From the IMG/VR virus record IMGVR_UViG_3300020042_002363, positions 1-53,409 of that record: a stretch of 53,409 bases of DNA; one strand, written 5' to 3'. Under the pieces are notes generated by a model that had not been told where the DNA came from, did not search any database, and saw only the letters and a list, made by a program, of their open reading frames with translations. This DNA is from a virus. Taxonomy: Duplodnaviria; Caudoviricetes. The position numbers and the translations under genes were made by a program. Numbering within the stretch: position 1 is the stretch's first letter; every line of letters begins with the position of its first letter. This document shows, one piece after another, positions 38,607-47,878 of the stretch.

Positions 38607-41600
38607 ATGGCTACTAAAAAAATTAGCGTTCAGTCACCATTCCTTGCCAGCCGAGTTACTAAAGATCATTTAACTAGAAATTCTGCACTAGATTCTGCTG
38701 CTATGGCTAAAAGGAATTTATCAGATCAGTATTTAAAGTTTAAAAATATAAGACCTTCTCAGTTTAAAGGTGATCCATATTCATATGGATATAAAAAAGC
38801 TGAAAATTTTTATGATAATTCTTCTACACCTTTATCTAAAGTAATCACACCAGATAGAGAAATGACATATGCGCCAGTTACTATTAATAATGTAGCAAAG
38901 GTTGGTGCTGATGATATTAATCAGTACACCTCTGGTGCTTTCAAATCTATTGAACCTCAATATGGAGAAATAGCTCCTAACAGGCAGTTAAATAAAAATG
39001 TGTTTGAAAACTACTCCATAAGATTTGGTAAGGGTGGAGTAGCTAAAAAGGCGATTGCAGAGATTCAAGGAATACTGTCAAGACTTCCAAAAGGTTCTGC
39101 TGCATCTCAGACAAAAGTTGCTAGTGAATTGGAACAGGCTGCTGCTGAGAAAGCAGCTCTTTATACTGTTGAAAAGCAATCAACAGAAAAAGGTAATAAA
39201 GCATTAGCTAAGGCTAAGCAAACATTATCTGAGCCAAAATCCAAGAAGCCATTGACGAAGGAGCAATTCCAAAACCAATACGTTCAGCACATTGACCTTA
39301 GAGGCAGAGAAGGCAATGCTGAAGAAAACGCTAAGTCAATAATGGAAAGTGGATTTAGACGCGGTGTAAATGCTAATGCATACACTCCATTCAGCGGTCT
39401 ACCTCATAGAGATGTTGTGAGTGCAAAGTTCCAACCTCAAGAGGGTGATTTTGTTTACTTAGCTCCAAAGGGGCAGTGGGTAACAACACCTAATGGTGTG
39501 AAAATAAAAGAAGGATTTAAACCAGAGCCTCATGAGGTTATCAGAGTTACTGATCCTAATATGTCAATGTATGAGCATTACTTAGCTAATTTTGACAAAA
39601 CAAAAAAAACAAACAAACAAAAATTTCTTGAAGAAGAAAAACATCCATCTATTCCTGATGTTTTGTATCACGGAACAAAGCGTGAATTTTCTGCATTCCA
39701 ACCTAAATATGATGATGGATTGTCTTTCTTTTCAACTAACCCAGAATTTGCAGGTAAGTGGCCTCAAGGTTCTGGTGGTCTAAGAGCAAACTCTGCTGAA
39801 AATGAAGCTCACTATGAAGAACTTAGAAAACTAGAAGAGCAGTTGAGTAATAAGTATAGAGAAGAAATACCTAGTTATGATGATCCAAACTGGGCTGAAA
39901 AATTTGATGCAGCTAGAGAAAAAATAAAACAAGAGATGCGTGAAAAAACTGGTTTTAGCACTGCTTCTGAATATGATAGCAAAGCAGGAATTCAAATAAT
40001 GCCAGTTCATTTAGCGATCAAAAAACCATTTGATCCTCGTACTGATTATCAAGAAGTTGAAGAGTTATTAAAAAACATGAAGGGAATGGATGGCGTTGTT
40101 GAAAATGGATTGCATAAAACTGGTAACTGGATTGTTTATGAAAGACCAGAGGTTGTTAACCATTTAAAAAGCAAGGGCTATGATGGTATGTGGTTAAGTG
40201 AGAATGTAAACGGCCCTCATGAAACTATAGCTCCATTTGATTCAAAGCAGATAAAGTCAGCCATAGGTAACCGTGGCACATACGACATCAACGAAGCAGA
40301 CATCACTAAAGCACATGGTGGGGTTGTACACATGGGTAAAGGTGGTTTATTAAAAATGGTTAGCAAACAACTTGAAAAATCTCTTGTTAAAACGCCAAAA
40401 AAACAAATAGAAGCACCAACCATAATTATCCCAAGCAAACTTTCTGAGGTTGAAAAATATGTCAGAGGTCGTGAAGGTTCATATGGTGCTGATCGTGTGC
40501 AGTATGCTGCTGATCAAATTAAAAATCTTGAGCGTCAATATACGGAGCAAGGATTGAAAGAAGCTTTTAGTGGTGATAATGCCAGAGCCTTAATGATTGG
40601 CAATCCTGCTAAATTCCAAGATTATGCTGATCGTATAGAAAGGCCTTCTAAAGGCGGTATAGCTGAATACAAATATTTCATGTCGGATGAAGGCGGTGGA
40701 GCTGATGATGTCCCATTCCTTCTTTTAGATAGAGAAACAGGAGAAATTCCTTATGTTGCAGGTCATGAGGGTCGCCATAGAAATTTAGCTTTAGAAGAAT
40801 TGGGTGATGATAAAACATTATGGAGAATGCTTCCTAGAGCTGCTTTGCGTGAACATTTGCCACGTAGAAGCCAAGAAGAATATCTCGATGCGTTAGTCAA
40901 AGAGATTGGTAACCCTGCTGAAGTTAGCCCAGAAGAACGAAAGGGGGTACTGGTAAGAACATTACCCAAGATGTTTCTAAAGGGCGGGTTAGCTCATCTC
41001 GCTAAAGGTGGAGTAGCTCACATGGCTGAAGGCGGTCAAGAATTCCCATTAAAAAGAGCTGCTAATGTAACTGAAGCTGATATGACTCCAACTGAAGTTA
41101 ATCCATTGGCTGGTACAGCTTCTCGTTTATTGGCAAAGGGTAATCAGTATTTAACTAAACCATTTGGGTATGAAAATCCTCCAATGGAATTTGTTACTGA
41201 TTTACTTGGTGTTCCTGATTGGATTAAAACTTTAGAAAACAAAGCATATGGCACTCCAAACTATAGTGGGTCAGGTCAAGCCACAAGATTAAATGAAGAA
41301 GCGGTTGATCCTTTATTGTCATTAATACCAGTTGTTGGCTATACCGCTAAAGTAGGTAAGAAGCTGGCTAAAAAGGCTGCTCCATATGCTGCTAATCAAG
41401 CAGTCAATCTAATGGAGAAGTATGGCGTTAGCCCAAATATGTATGTTGTTAAGCCTAAAGGCGGCAACTGGATGGATGTGGATAAAACTGTAAAAGCTTT
41501 TAAAATTAGAAGGCCTACTGATCATGCAACACCAGAAAAAGTTTTAGAAGCTCATGATAAATATTGGAATCCTTCATTGATGTCAACAATGACAGAAGAA

Positions 41601-44600
41601 GGTGCTGCTCGTATAAGAAGTGGTAGACAAAATATTGTTAATCAAATCAAAGTAAATAATTGGATTGATAAAAAGTTAGGCAATTACATCAAAAATGAAC
41701 TAGCCACACCTGAAGACTCAGTCCGTTTAGGTATGGAGCGTAGAGTTGAGCAAGCGAAAAAAACAAAAACAGATAATGATGCAAAGCTTGCCAAGATGAA
41801 GGAAGCAATTGATAAGCGCAAGGCTGAAGGTAAAGACACAACTTTATCTGAGCGAGATTATGAAACAGCAATAGAAAAAGCTGATGAAGAGAATTTGTTT
41901 GCAAATAGAAGTGTTTCTCATTTAACTGCGCCTGAAGAAGGTTGGGCATTGAATTTATACAAGGATGATTATTATCCAAATCAAGCCTCAATTAATAAAA
42001 GAATAGAGGCTGGTTATCCAGAAGAAGGAATGTCAACAAATAATCAAGCCTCTAAGCTTTGGGAGGATGTATCAGATTATCTTGTTGAGTCTCGTACAGC
42101 AAATTCAATTCCTGATGATTCTTATATGATGAAAGACAATCCTTGGATTTCTAAGGTTGCTGATAAAGACCCAAACACACCAATATATTCTGTTAATGCA
42201 AATGATTTAAATACGGAATTAGAGTTTAGGCACATGGTTGATGAACTTCAAGAGGCGATGAGTCCTACTTCTGTGTTGCCTCAAAATTTAAGAATAAGTG
42301 AAAAAGATTTAGAAAAGATGACAGTTGATGATGTGTCTGCATTATCTGGCAAGATTACTGCATGGCGCGCGGCTCAAAAAGTAAAATCAAATAAAGACAT
42401 TGCTAATAACCCAGCAATGCATACATTTAAAGAGTACACAGAAAACAATCCTAAAGGTGTTAAATGGCAGCAGATTAAACGCCCTGAAGGTTATTCTCGT
42501 GAAGAGCAAGAACAATTTGTTCGTGAAGCCACTAAATATGAAGGCGACTTAATGCGTCATTGTGTTGGTGGTGCTGGACATTGTGAACCATTATTAAATG
42601 GTGAGGTAGAGATTTATACATTGCGTGATGCTAAAGGCGAGCCTCATGTAACTATTGAGGTTGATAATGGTGCTAATGCTCCAACTTTTTACGAAAGAAA
42701 TCGTGAATTACTTGAATACCCTGAAATAGCTGATGAACATCAATTAATAAATGATACTGCTGAAAATTCAGCAGAATATATAAGAAGAGTTACTAGACTA
42801 TTAGATGAGAATGGCTATAAAGAAGGTGAGGATTATTTTATTCCAAAACCAAAAGCACCAAGCATTCGTGAGATTAAAGGTAAGGGAAATCAAAAACCTA
42901 ATGATGAATACATTCCATTTGTTCAAGACTTTATTCGTTCAGGTCAATGGGATGAAATTGATGATGTTAAGAACACTGGGATGAAATATGCACAAGATGC
43001 TCTTGGTATTGATACTTATCGTGCATTGAAAGCAAAAGGTATTGATGTTCCACAGCTTATAACTTCAGAAGATGCAATGAAGTTTGAAGAAATGCTTGAT
43101 CCAAATTATTTTAATAATCCTAAATTTACTAGAGAGGATTACATTGATAATTTCAATCAAACATATGCAGAAGGTGGCTTAGTTGATGGTGATGATAACT
43201 TGATGTCATTAGTTGATGAACACTTTTTAAATCAGCCAATAGCTTTTGGTCTTGGCGGTGTAGCTAAAAAAATAGCTGGTAAAGTTGTAAAGAGTTTAGA
43301 AGGTCAATTAGATGACTCTGTTGAAAAACTTCTTGATGCTCATACTGCTGCAAAAGCAAAGCCAAAATCTAAAGCTAAATCAAATCCTGATGATAAGTTT
43401 TTACCTTTAGATTTGCCTAGAGCGCGTCGTAGCAAACAAGAAATTCAAAGTGAAGCAGAACGAGTTTCCCGTCAAATGATGGGTGAGCATGTTCGTGATC
43501 CTAGAAAACCAAATGATTCTGCAAACCTTGCTGATAGATCAATGGCAGAGGTTGAAAGATTAAAAGGAATTAATTACACCTTAGAGGACATAAAAGACCT
43601 ACCAGAGCCAATTATTATTGATCCTAAATTAGGTGACATTAACATAGCCACTGTTGGTGATATTACTGTTGCTGACAAACGATTAGTTGATATGAATGGC
43701 TACCCAATTGATTCAGTCCAACAGGGTGGCCCATTTTTTGGTTTAGGCAAACTTCACCAAATAGCTGATGAGGATTTATGGTGGGCTTCTGAACACCAAG
43801 CTGCTAAAAACTTTCAAGCAAGAGTAGATGAGATAGCTAATCATTTTGGAGTTGATAGGCTAACAGCTCAACATTATGCGATGGGTCAAAGAGCTAATAA
43901 CTTTGCTATGCATTTTGCTGATGCCAACCTAAAAGCGATCAATACTTTCGGTGCGCCAGAAGAAGGCATTGAAGGCATGAATAAATTAATTCGTGAAGGC
44001 TACTCATTAGCAGACAAAAAAACAGGAGAAAGAAAATACTTTGCATGGCCTGATTTCCCCGGAGTTGAAAACATTGATGAGGCTTATGTATATTTTAGAA
44101 AAGACCCAGAGGCTAGAAAGTGGTTCAACGACCGCATGAAAAAGCCAACAGTGACAGACAAGTTTGGTCTTCCAAATGGGTTGGACATTCAATATGCAAT
44201 CAGTGATGAAGTTCTTCGCAACATGGAAAAAAATCTAACTGGTCGTTCAGTTGGAGAGGTTTATAGAGGCTCAGGATTAAAAGATACTGCCAATCATGGA
44301 ACATATGACACAGGCATCAAGGGTAGGTTTCTTGGTAGATCAAAATACCCAACACCTGTAAAACTTAGTTACTCTGATGCATATGACTACACAGCAGCTA
44401 GAAAGCGCCCAAGTGATGTAACTGGCACTTTGCAAAAAGTAGCCCCTCATCAAATTGTTGATGATCAGTATTTAAATGAAATTGGGGAGTTTAACTACTT
44501 AATCAATAAATACACTGGCAAGCGCAAGGGCGGCTTAGTTGATGATGACAAAGAATTAAGCCAAGAATATTCTGCCATACAAAGATTGCTTGGCAGGTAT

Positions 44601-45236
44601 GCATACACCTTGGACAAGCACAAAAGGTACAAGAGCGAAAAATACTCTGGCAAGGATGATGAGGTTGTTTCTCGTCGCAAGCCTTTTGATGAAATGACTG
44701 TACCGATGCCCGGAGACTTTAGGGGTAACACAATCAAGACTCCTTTTGGCGAAAGATATAAGGATGACGAGTACAAACAAAACAATATGCCAGAGACTAA
44801 TGAGGATGATATTCAGCGCAAGAAGGAGCTGCGGTACTACCAGAAGGGTGGCAGAACTACTGCCAAAGACCGTGTTAGGCGCAAAATGTATGACCTTGAT
44901 GCTGATGAGCCAAGTCGCATGGGAATTGCCCCCTATGGCTTGCGATATGCCCTCTCAGCAAGAGAAATGCCACAAGCCAAGGGTAAGGGCTACATGGGTG
45001 AAATGCGTGGCTCTGAGGGGGTTGTGACGGAATATTCTTTGGATGACATGGATTTGGGTGCTTTCCCAAGTGTTACACCTAACCAGCCAAATGAAAACCT
45101 TGATGAAATCAATCGAGGTAAGGTAAGTCATAGCACATATCAGTTAGCAAAAAAGTATGCTGCCATGCGTAAAAAAGCTGGGAAGAGCGCATTTGCCCAA
45201 ATGGACGAATTACGCTATCCCCAGCCACAAGATTGA
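38607..45236 (+). CDS. Giant polyvalent protein (2209 aa) with ART-like, ParB-like and PcfJ-like modules
   Basis: YHGT..GYDG..QIKSAIGNRGTYD; GHEGRHR; EG..MRHCVG..IYTLRD..GEPHVTIE..EIKGKGN; about 11 xxxGG motifs. Confidence 0.8.
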   Translation: MATKKISVQSPFLASRVTKDHLTRNSALDSAAMAKRNLSDQYLKFKNIRPSQFKGDPYSYGYKKAENFYDNSSTPLSKVITPDREMTYAPVTINNVAKVGADDINQYTSGAFKSIEPQYGEIAPNRQLNKNVFENYSIRFGKGGVAKKAIAEIQGILSRLPKGSAASQTKVASELEQAAAEKAALYTVEKQSTEKGNKALAKAKQTLSEPKSKKPLTKEQFQNQYVQHIDLRGREGNAEENAKSIMESGFRRGVNANAYTPFSGLPHRDVVSAKFQPQEGDFVYLAPKGQWVTTPNGVKIKEGFKPEPHEVIRVTDPNMSMYEHYLANFDKTKKTNKQKFLEEEKHPSIPDVLYHGTKREFSAFQPKYDDGLSFFSTNPEFAGKWPQGSGGLRANSAENEAHYEELRKLEEQLSNKYREEIPSYDDPNWAEKFDAAREKIKQEMREKTGFSTASEYDSKAGIQIMPVHLAIKKPFDPRTDYQEVEELLKNMKGMDGVVENGLHKTGNWIVYERPEVVNHLKSKGYDGMWLSENVNGPHETIAPFDSKQIKSAIGNRGTYDINEADITKAHGGVVHMGKGGLLKMVSKQLEKSLVKTPKKQIEAPTIIIPSKLSEVEKYVRGREGSYGADRVQYAADQIKNLERQYTEQGLKEAFSGDNARALMIGNPAKFQDYADRIERPSKGGIAEYKYFMSDEGGGADDVPFLLLDRETGEIPYVAGHEGRHRNLALEELGDDKTLWRMLPRAALREHLPRRSQEEYLDALVKEIGNPAEVSPEERKGVLVRTLPKMFLKGGLAHLAKGGVAHMAEGGQEFPLKRAANVTEADMTPTEVNPLAGTASRLLAKGNQYLTKPFGYENPPMEFVTDLLGVPDWIKTLENKAYGTPNYSGSGQATRLNEEAVDPLLSLIPVVGYTAKVGKKLAKKAAPYAANQAVNLMEKYGVSPNMYVVKPKGGNWMDVDKTVKAFKIRRPTDHATPEKVLEAHDKYWNPSLMSTMTEEGAARIRSGRQNIVNQIKVNNWIDKKLGNYIKNELATPEDSVRLGMERRVEQAKKTKTDNDAKLAKMKEAIDKRKAEGKDTTLSERDYETAIEKADEENLFANRSVSHLTAPEEGWALNLYKDDYYPNQASINKRIEAGYPEEGMSTNNQASKLWEDVSDYLVESRTANSIPDDSYMMKDNPWISKVADKDPNTPIYSVNANDLNTELEFRHMVDELQEAMSPTSVLPQNLRISEKDLEKMTVDDVSALSGKITAWRAAQKVKSNKDIANNPAMHTFKEYTENNPKGVKWQQIKRPEGYSREEQEQFVREATKYEGDLMRHCVGGAGHCEPLLNGEVEIYTLRDAKGEPHVTIEVDNGANAPTFYERNRELLEYPEIADEHQLINDTAENSAEYIRRVTRLLDENGYKEGEDYFIPKPKAPSIREIKGKGNQKPNDEYIPFVQDFIRSGQWDEIDDVKNTGMKYAQDALGIDTYRALKAKGIDVPQLITSEDAMKFEEMLDPNYFNNPKFTREDYIDNFNQTYAEGGLVDGDDNLMSLVDEHFLNQPIAFGLGGVAKKIAGKVVKSLEGQLDDSVEKLLDAHTAAKAKPKSKAKSNPDDKFLPLDLPRARRSKQEIQSEAERVSRQMMGEHVRDPRKPNDSANLADRSMAEVERLKGINYTLEDIKDLPEPIIIDPKLGDINIATVGDITVADKRLVDMNGYPIDSVQQGGPFFGLGKLHQIADEDLWWASEHQAAKNFQARVDEIANHFGVDRLTAQHYAMGQRANNFAMHFADANLKAINTFGAPEEGIEGMNKLIREGYSLADKKTGERKYFAWPDFPGVENIDEAYVYFRKDPEARKWFNDRMKKPTVTDKFGLPNGLDIQYAISDEVLRNMEKNLTGRSVGEVYRGSGLKDTANHGTYDTGIKGRFLGRSKYPTPVKLSYSDAYDYTAARKRPSDVTGTLQKVAPHQIVDDQYLNEIGEFNYLINKYTGKRKGGLVDDDKELSQEYSAIQRLLGRYAYTLDKHKRYKSEKYSGKDDEVVSRRKPFDEMTVPMPGDFRGNTIKTPFGERYKDDEYKQNNMPETNEDDIQRKKELRYYQKGGRTTAKDRVRRKMYDLDADEPSRMGIAPYGLRYALSAREMPQAKGKGYMGEMRGSEGVVTEYSLDDMDLGAFPSVTPNQPNENLDEINRGKVSHSTYQLAKKYAAMRKKAGKSAFAQMDELRYPQPQD

Positions 45237-45284
45237 GTTACTATTTCTAGGCGGGAAACCGCATAATTAGTCTCTCTACCTTAT

Positions 45285-45310
45285 GCCCCGCTCCCCTGCG
45301 GGGCTTTTTT
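45285..45310 (+). terminator. Rho-independent terminator ending the late operon
   Basis: GCCCCGC-TCCCCT-GCGGGGC-TTTTTT at the convergence of two operons. Confidence 0.85.
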
Positions 45311-45575
45311 ATTGGCGCTCACGAAGAGCAGCAAGCTTTTTAGCTACCTCTGGGTTGAGAGAATTTACAACCTTGAAGCATTCCTCATACTCAGCCTTAG
45401 CAATACGGTCACCTACTAGCGCAATCAGGTTCTCCGCAAACTCACCAAGATGTACCTCTTCAGCAATCAGTGGCTCTTCACGGTCTTCCCTGCAACGCAG
45501 ATAAGCAGTTCTTGCGTCTTCTTCATTAACGAATTTCTTCGCTTCTTCTAGGTGTTTATCAAGTTGTTTATTCAT
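45309..45575 (-). CDS. Hypothetical protein
   Basis: Last ORF of the leftward operon, overlapping the upstream stop. Confidence 0.7.
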   Translation of the reverse strand: MNKQLDKHLEEAKKFVNEEDARTAYLRCREDREEPLIAEEVHLGEFAENLIALVGDRIAKAEYEECFKVVNSLNPEVAKKLAALRERQ

Positions 45576-46341
45576 GATTGTTTTTTAGTTGCCAAAAGTT
45601 TAAGAGAGCGCAGAACATTAACCATCCACGCTGAATATCCTCCTCATCCCATTCGTAGACAACTGCTAGGTCTGGGTTAGATCGAGACACAAACACATTT
45701 GCACACTTGGCTTTAGGGTAGCCTAAACCCACCCTATAGGCTGCAAGCTGCATCATGTGTTCATCATATGGTTTGACCTTGCTGATGTCGTCAAAGTCTT
45801 TCGTCTTGATGTCCATCACAATGCCATTACCAGTACCATCAACCGCATGCATGTCACACTTGCCGCCAAATCCCATCTCATGGGCAAATGACCGCTCACA
45901 AATCCACTGTTGGTCACCAAAATGGAATGCTACAGCCCTTGTGCAGGAATCTACATGGTGAGGGTATTTGGACTCTTTACTGCCCTCATAGAAGCTTTGA
46001 ATGGCTGCATGGATGTCTGTGCCTCGATCTGCTGCATCACGACCTTGAGTCTTTGAGTCTTCCATGATGCGCTTAATGTAAACAGACTCAAGCTCATCTT
46101 GGTTTTTAGGTAAGGTCAAGGCAGCAAGCAATACCTGCTCTTGCAACCAGTTTGTCAATGCTGGCTTAGCAGCTATGTTCAAGACAGTGGTAACCGACGG
46201 GACAAGGTCATGCTCTCTAGCATCTCGCAATGTAGTGTTACGGGTTTTGCCATTCTTGCCGACAATTGTGTACCTTGGCTCACCACCTCTGCTATACCAA
46301 TGCCCTGACTCTGATGAGTGTGTAGTGGCAATTAAGGTCAT
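45568..46341 (-). CDS. PD-(D/E)XK exonuclease (Cas4/lambda-exo-like)
   Basis: PSVTTVL, RGT.IH, E, GG.CD, D.KT, QLAAY. Confidence 0.87.
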   Translation of the reverse strand: MTLIATTHSSESGHWYSRGGEPRYTIVGKNGKTRNTTLRDAREHDLVPSVTTVLNIAAKPALTNWLQEQVLLAALTLPKNQDELESVYIKRIMEDSKTQGRDAADRGTDIHAAIQSFYEGSKESKYPHHVDSCTRAVAFHFGDQQWICERSFAHEMGFGGKCDMHAVDGTGNGIVMDIKTKDFDDISKVKPYDEHMMQLAAYRVGLGYPKAKCANVFVSRSNPDLAVVYEWDEEDIQRGWLMFCALLNFWQLKNNHE

Positions 46342-46634
46342 TGTAAAGAGCCTTCAGGTGGAGTTGGAAGAACAACTTCTTCTTCTTTTGCTTTTTGAGC
46401 TGCTATTGCTTCGGCAAGTGCTTTCTGGTCTGCTTCATATTCCTCTGGCAGGTAACGCTTTTTGATTTCCATTGCAACCATAAAGCGAACATACTCAGAG
46501 CTATCATTTGCACCAGCCGTATAAATATCTTTGCTACTCATGTTGAAATAATCACGCTGTGGCAATTTCAACTCCAACTCCATGCTTAGAATTTCCATGA
46601 ACTCTTTTACTGAAACCATTATTTCTGCATCCAT
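46338..46634 (-). CDS. Hypothetical protein
   Basis: AAGGAG RBS favours ATG at 46634. Confidence 0.65.
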   Translation of the reverse strand: MDAEIMVSVKEFMEILSMELELKLPQRDYFNMSSKDIYTAGANDSSEYVRFMVAMEIKKRYLPEEYEADQKALAEAIAAQKAKEEEVVLPTPPEGSLQ

Positions 46635-46644
46635 TTTTTTCTCC

Positions 46645-46782
46645 TTAATCATCTAACCAAGTTTTGTCAGCCCATTCTGTAACTCCAGCATAGGCAAAAG
46701 TAAAGCATACAACTACAAAGGCTACAGGCATCAATATCCCTGTCATAACCACAAAAATACTTCTAGATAAAAATTTAATCAT
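46645..46782 (-). CDS. 45-aa membrane peptide (missed by ORF track)
   Basis: MIKFLSRSIFVVMTGILMPVAFVVVCF...DD*; ATGA overlap, fills the gap. Confidence 0.6.
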   Translation of the reverse strand: MIKFLSRSIFVVMTGILMPVAFVVVCFTFAYAGVTEWADKTWLDD

Positions 46783-47015
46783 TGATTTTCCTTGATGAGG
46801 GATTCAATTTCTTCAACACTCAAACCAGTTTGTTTGTGGATCGTAAGAATAATCTCTGCTGTAACTTGGTAAGCCCCAGACCGTATCCTACTAACAGTTG
46901 CTGGGGCTACATCTAATGCACGAGCAAGTTCTGCATCATTTTTAAGTTCACATGCTTCAATCAAATAATCAAACAAAGCATGTGGCTTATACGGTCTAGA
47001 ACGGGATGTCGTCAT
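46779..47015 (-). CDS. XRE-family HTH protein
   Basis: KNDAELARALDVAPATVSRIR.G; real start probably near 47015, not 47192. Confidence 0.8.
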   Translation of the reverse strand: MTTSRSRPYKPHALFDYLIEACELKNDAELARALDVAPATVSRIRSGAYQVTAEIILTIHKQTGLSVEEIESLIKENQ

Positions 47016-47670
47016 TGAACTCGTCATCTTGATGTGATTTGGTAGTTTTCTTATCTCCAAACCAAGAACTCCACTCTGGGCTTTCTTTGATCTTGTTTTG
47101 AAAATATTGGCTAAGATTGTTGAAAACATTGAGGTCAGGTTTGATATCTGGATTTTCTTCATCATGTTGCATTCCAAAGAATTGAATTTCATTATGCGGT
47201 TTAGGCAAGCCAGAGTCCTTCACCATCTTAGGCACAGGCATAATGCCGTCGATGTTGTGATAGGTTTTGCCATTCTTTTGGCTTACGCTAGATGTGACAT
47301 TGATCATTCCCCACACACCAAGAATTTTCTTAATGTCAAAACCACCTGCACGTTCAGCATCATTAAACTTTGCGCCTCTCCAGCCTTCTAAGTGTTTAGC
47401 AAGGTGTGAAGCTTCATTTAAACTTAAATTGTAATCGCGTGATATAGATAACGGGTCACCTTTTTCTGTAAGCATAGGTTGACCTTTGTTGTCTTCCCCA
47501 TGCACTTCAAAACTGAGCATTACTGTGCGTTGAAATTTAATATTACCTTGCACAAGTTTCTTTTGTGTACCCATATCGACTATTCGATAGCAGCGTGATA
47601 AATGCATACCTACTGGTACTTGTACAAACTCTCCACCTTCATTTGCTTTTGCTTTTGCGATTAATGACAT
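46996..47670 (-). CDS. ssDNA-binding-like protein
   Basis: P.G.H..RC..IVD.GTQ family; acidic C-terminal DDIPF tail. Confidence 0.7.
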   Translation of the reverse strand: MSLIAKAKANEGGEFVQVPVGMHLSRCYRIVDMGTQKKLVQGNIKFQRTVMLSFEVHGEDNKGQPMLTEKGDPLSISRDYNLSLNEASHLAKHLEGWRGAKFNDAERAGGFDIKKILGVWGMINVTSSVSQKNGKTYHNIDGIMPVPKMVKDSGLPKPHNEIQFFGMQHDEENPDIKPDLNVFNNLSQYFQNKIKESPEWSSWFGDKKTTKSHQDDEFNDDIPF

Positions 47671-47689
47671 TTTAATTTACCTTTTCCAT

Positions 47690-47878
47690 TTACTGAGCTG
47701 ATAGACCGCATTCAAAACGAATGACTGCCCAATCATCATTCGTAGCGGTAAAATTTTGCGCGCGTTGTATTGCTTCTTCTAATCTTTCTTGTCGCTCTAA
47801 TTGAGCTTGATTAAATTCACCATCAGTTATTTGTTTGTATATGTTCGGAACGGTTTCCATTTTTTCCTTATTTAGCAA
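47690..47878 (-). CDS. Hypothetical protein
   Basis: ORF in leftward operon. Confidence 0.6.
   Translation of the reverse strand: MLNKEKMETVPNIYKQITDGEFNQAQLERQERLEEAIQRAQNFTATNDDWAVIRFECGLSAQ

Noticed and set aside
32829-45236. Virion RNA polymerase or inteins in the giant ORFs
   Set aside because: No DxDGD or T7-type polymerase motifs, and no intein splice or LAGLIDADG motifs seen
45252-45266. GCGG-GAAA-CCGC hairpin before the terminator
   Set aside because: A 4-bp stem alone is too little to call an RNA gene
45568-46341. CRISPR-associated Cas4
   Set aside because: No array or other cas genes; context is a recombination operon
47016-47192. Long N-terminal extension of the XRE ORF
   Set aside because: Lies entirely within the SSB-like gene in another frame; the HTH begins after about 47015
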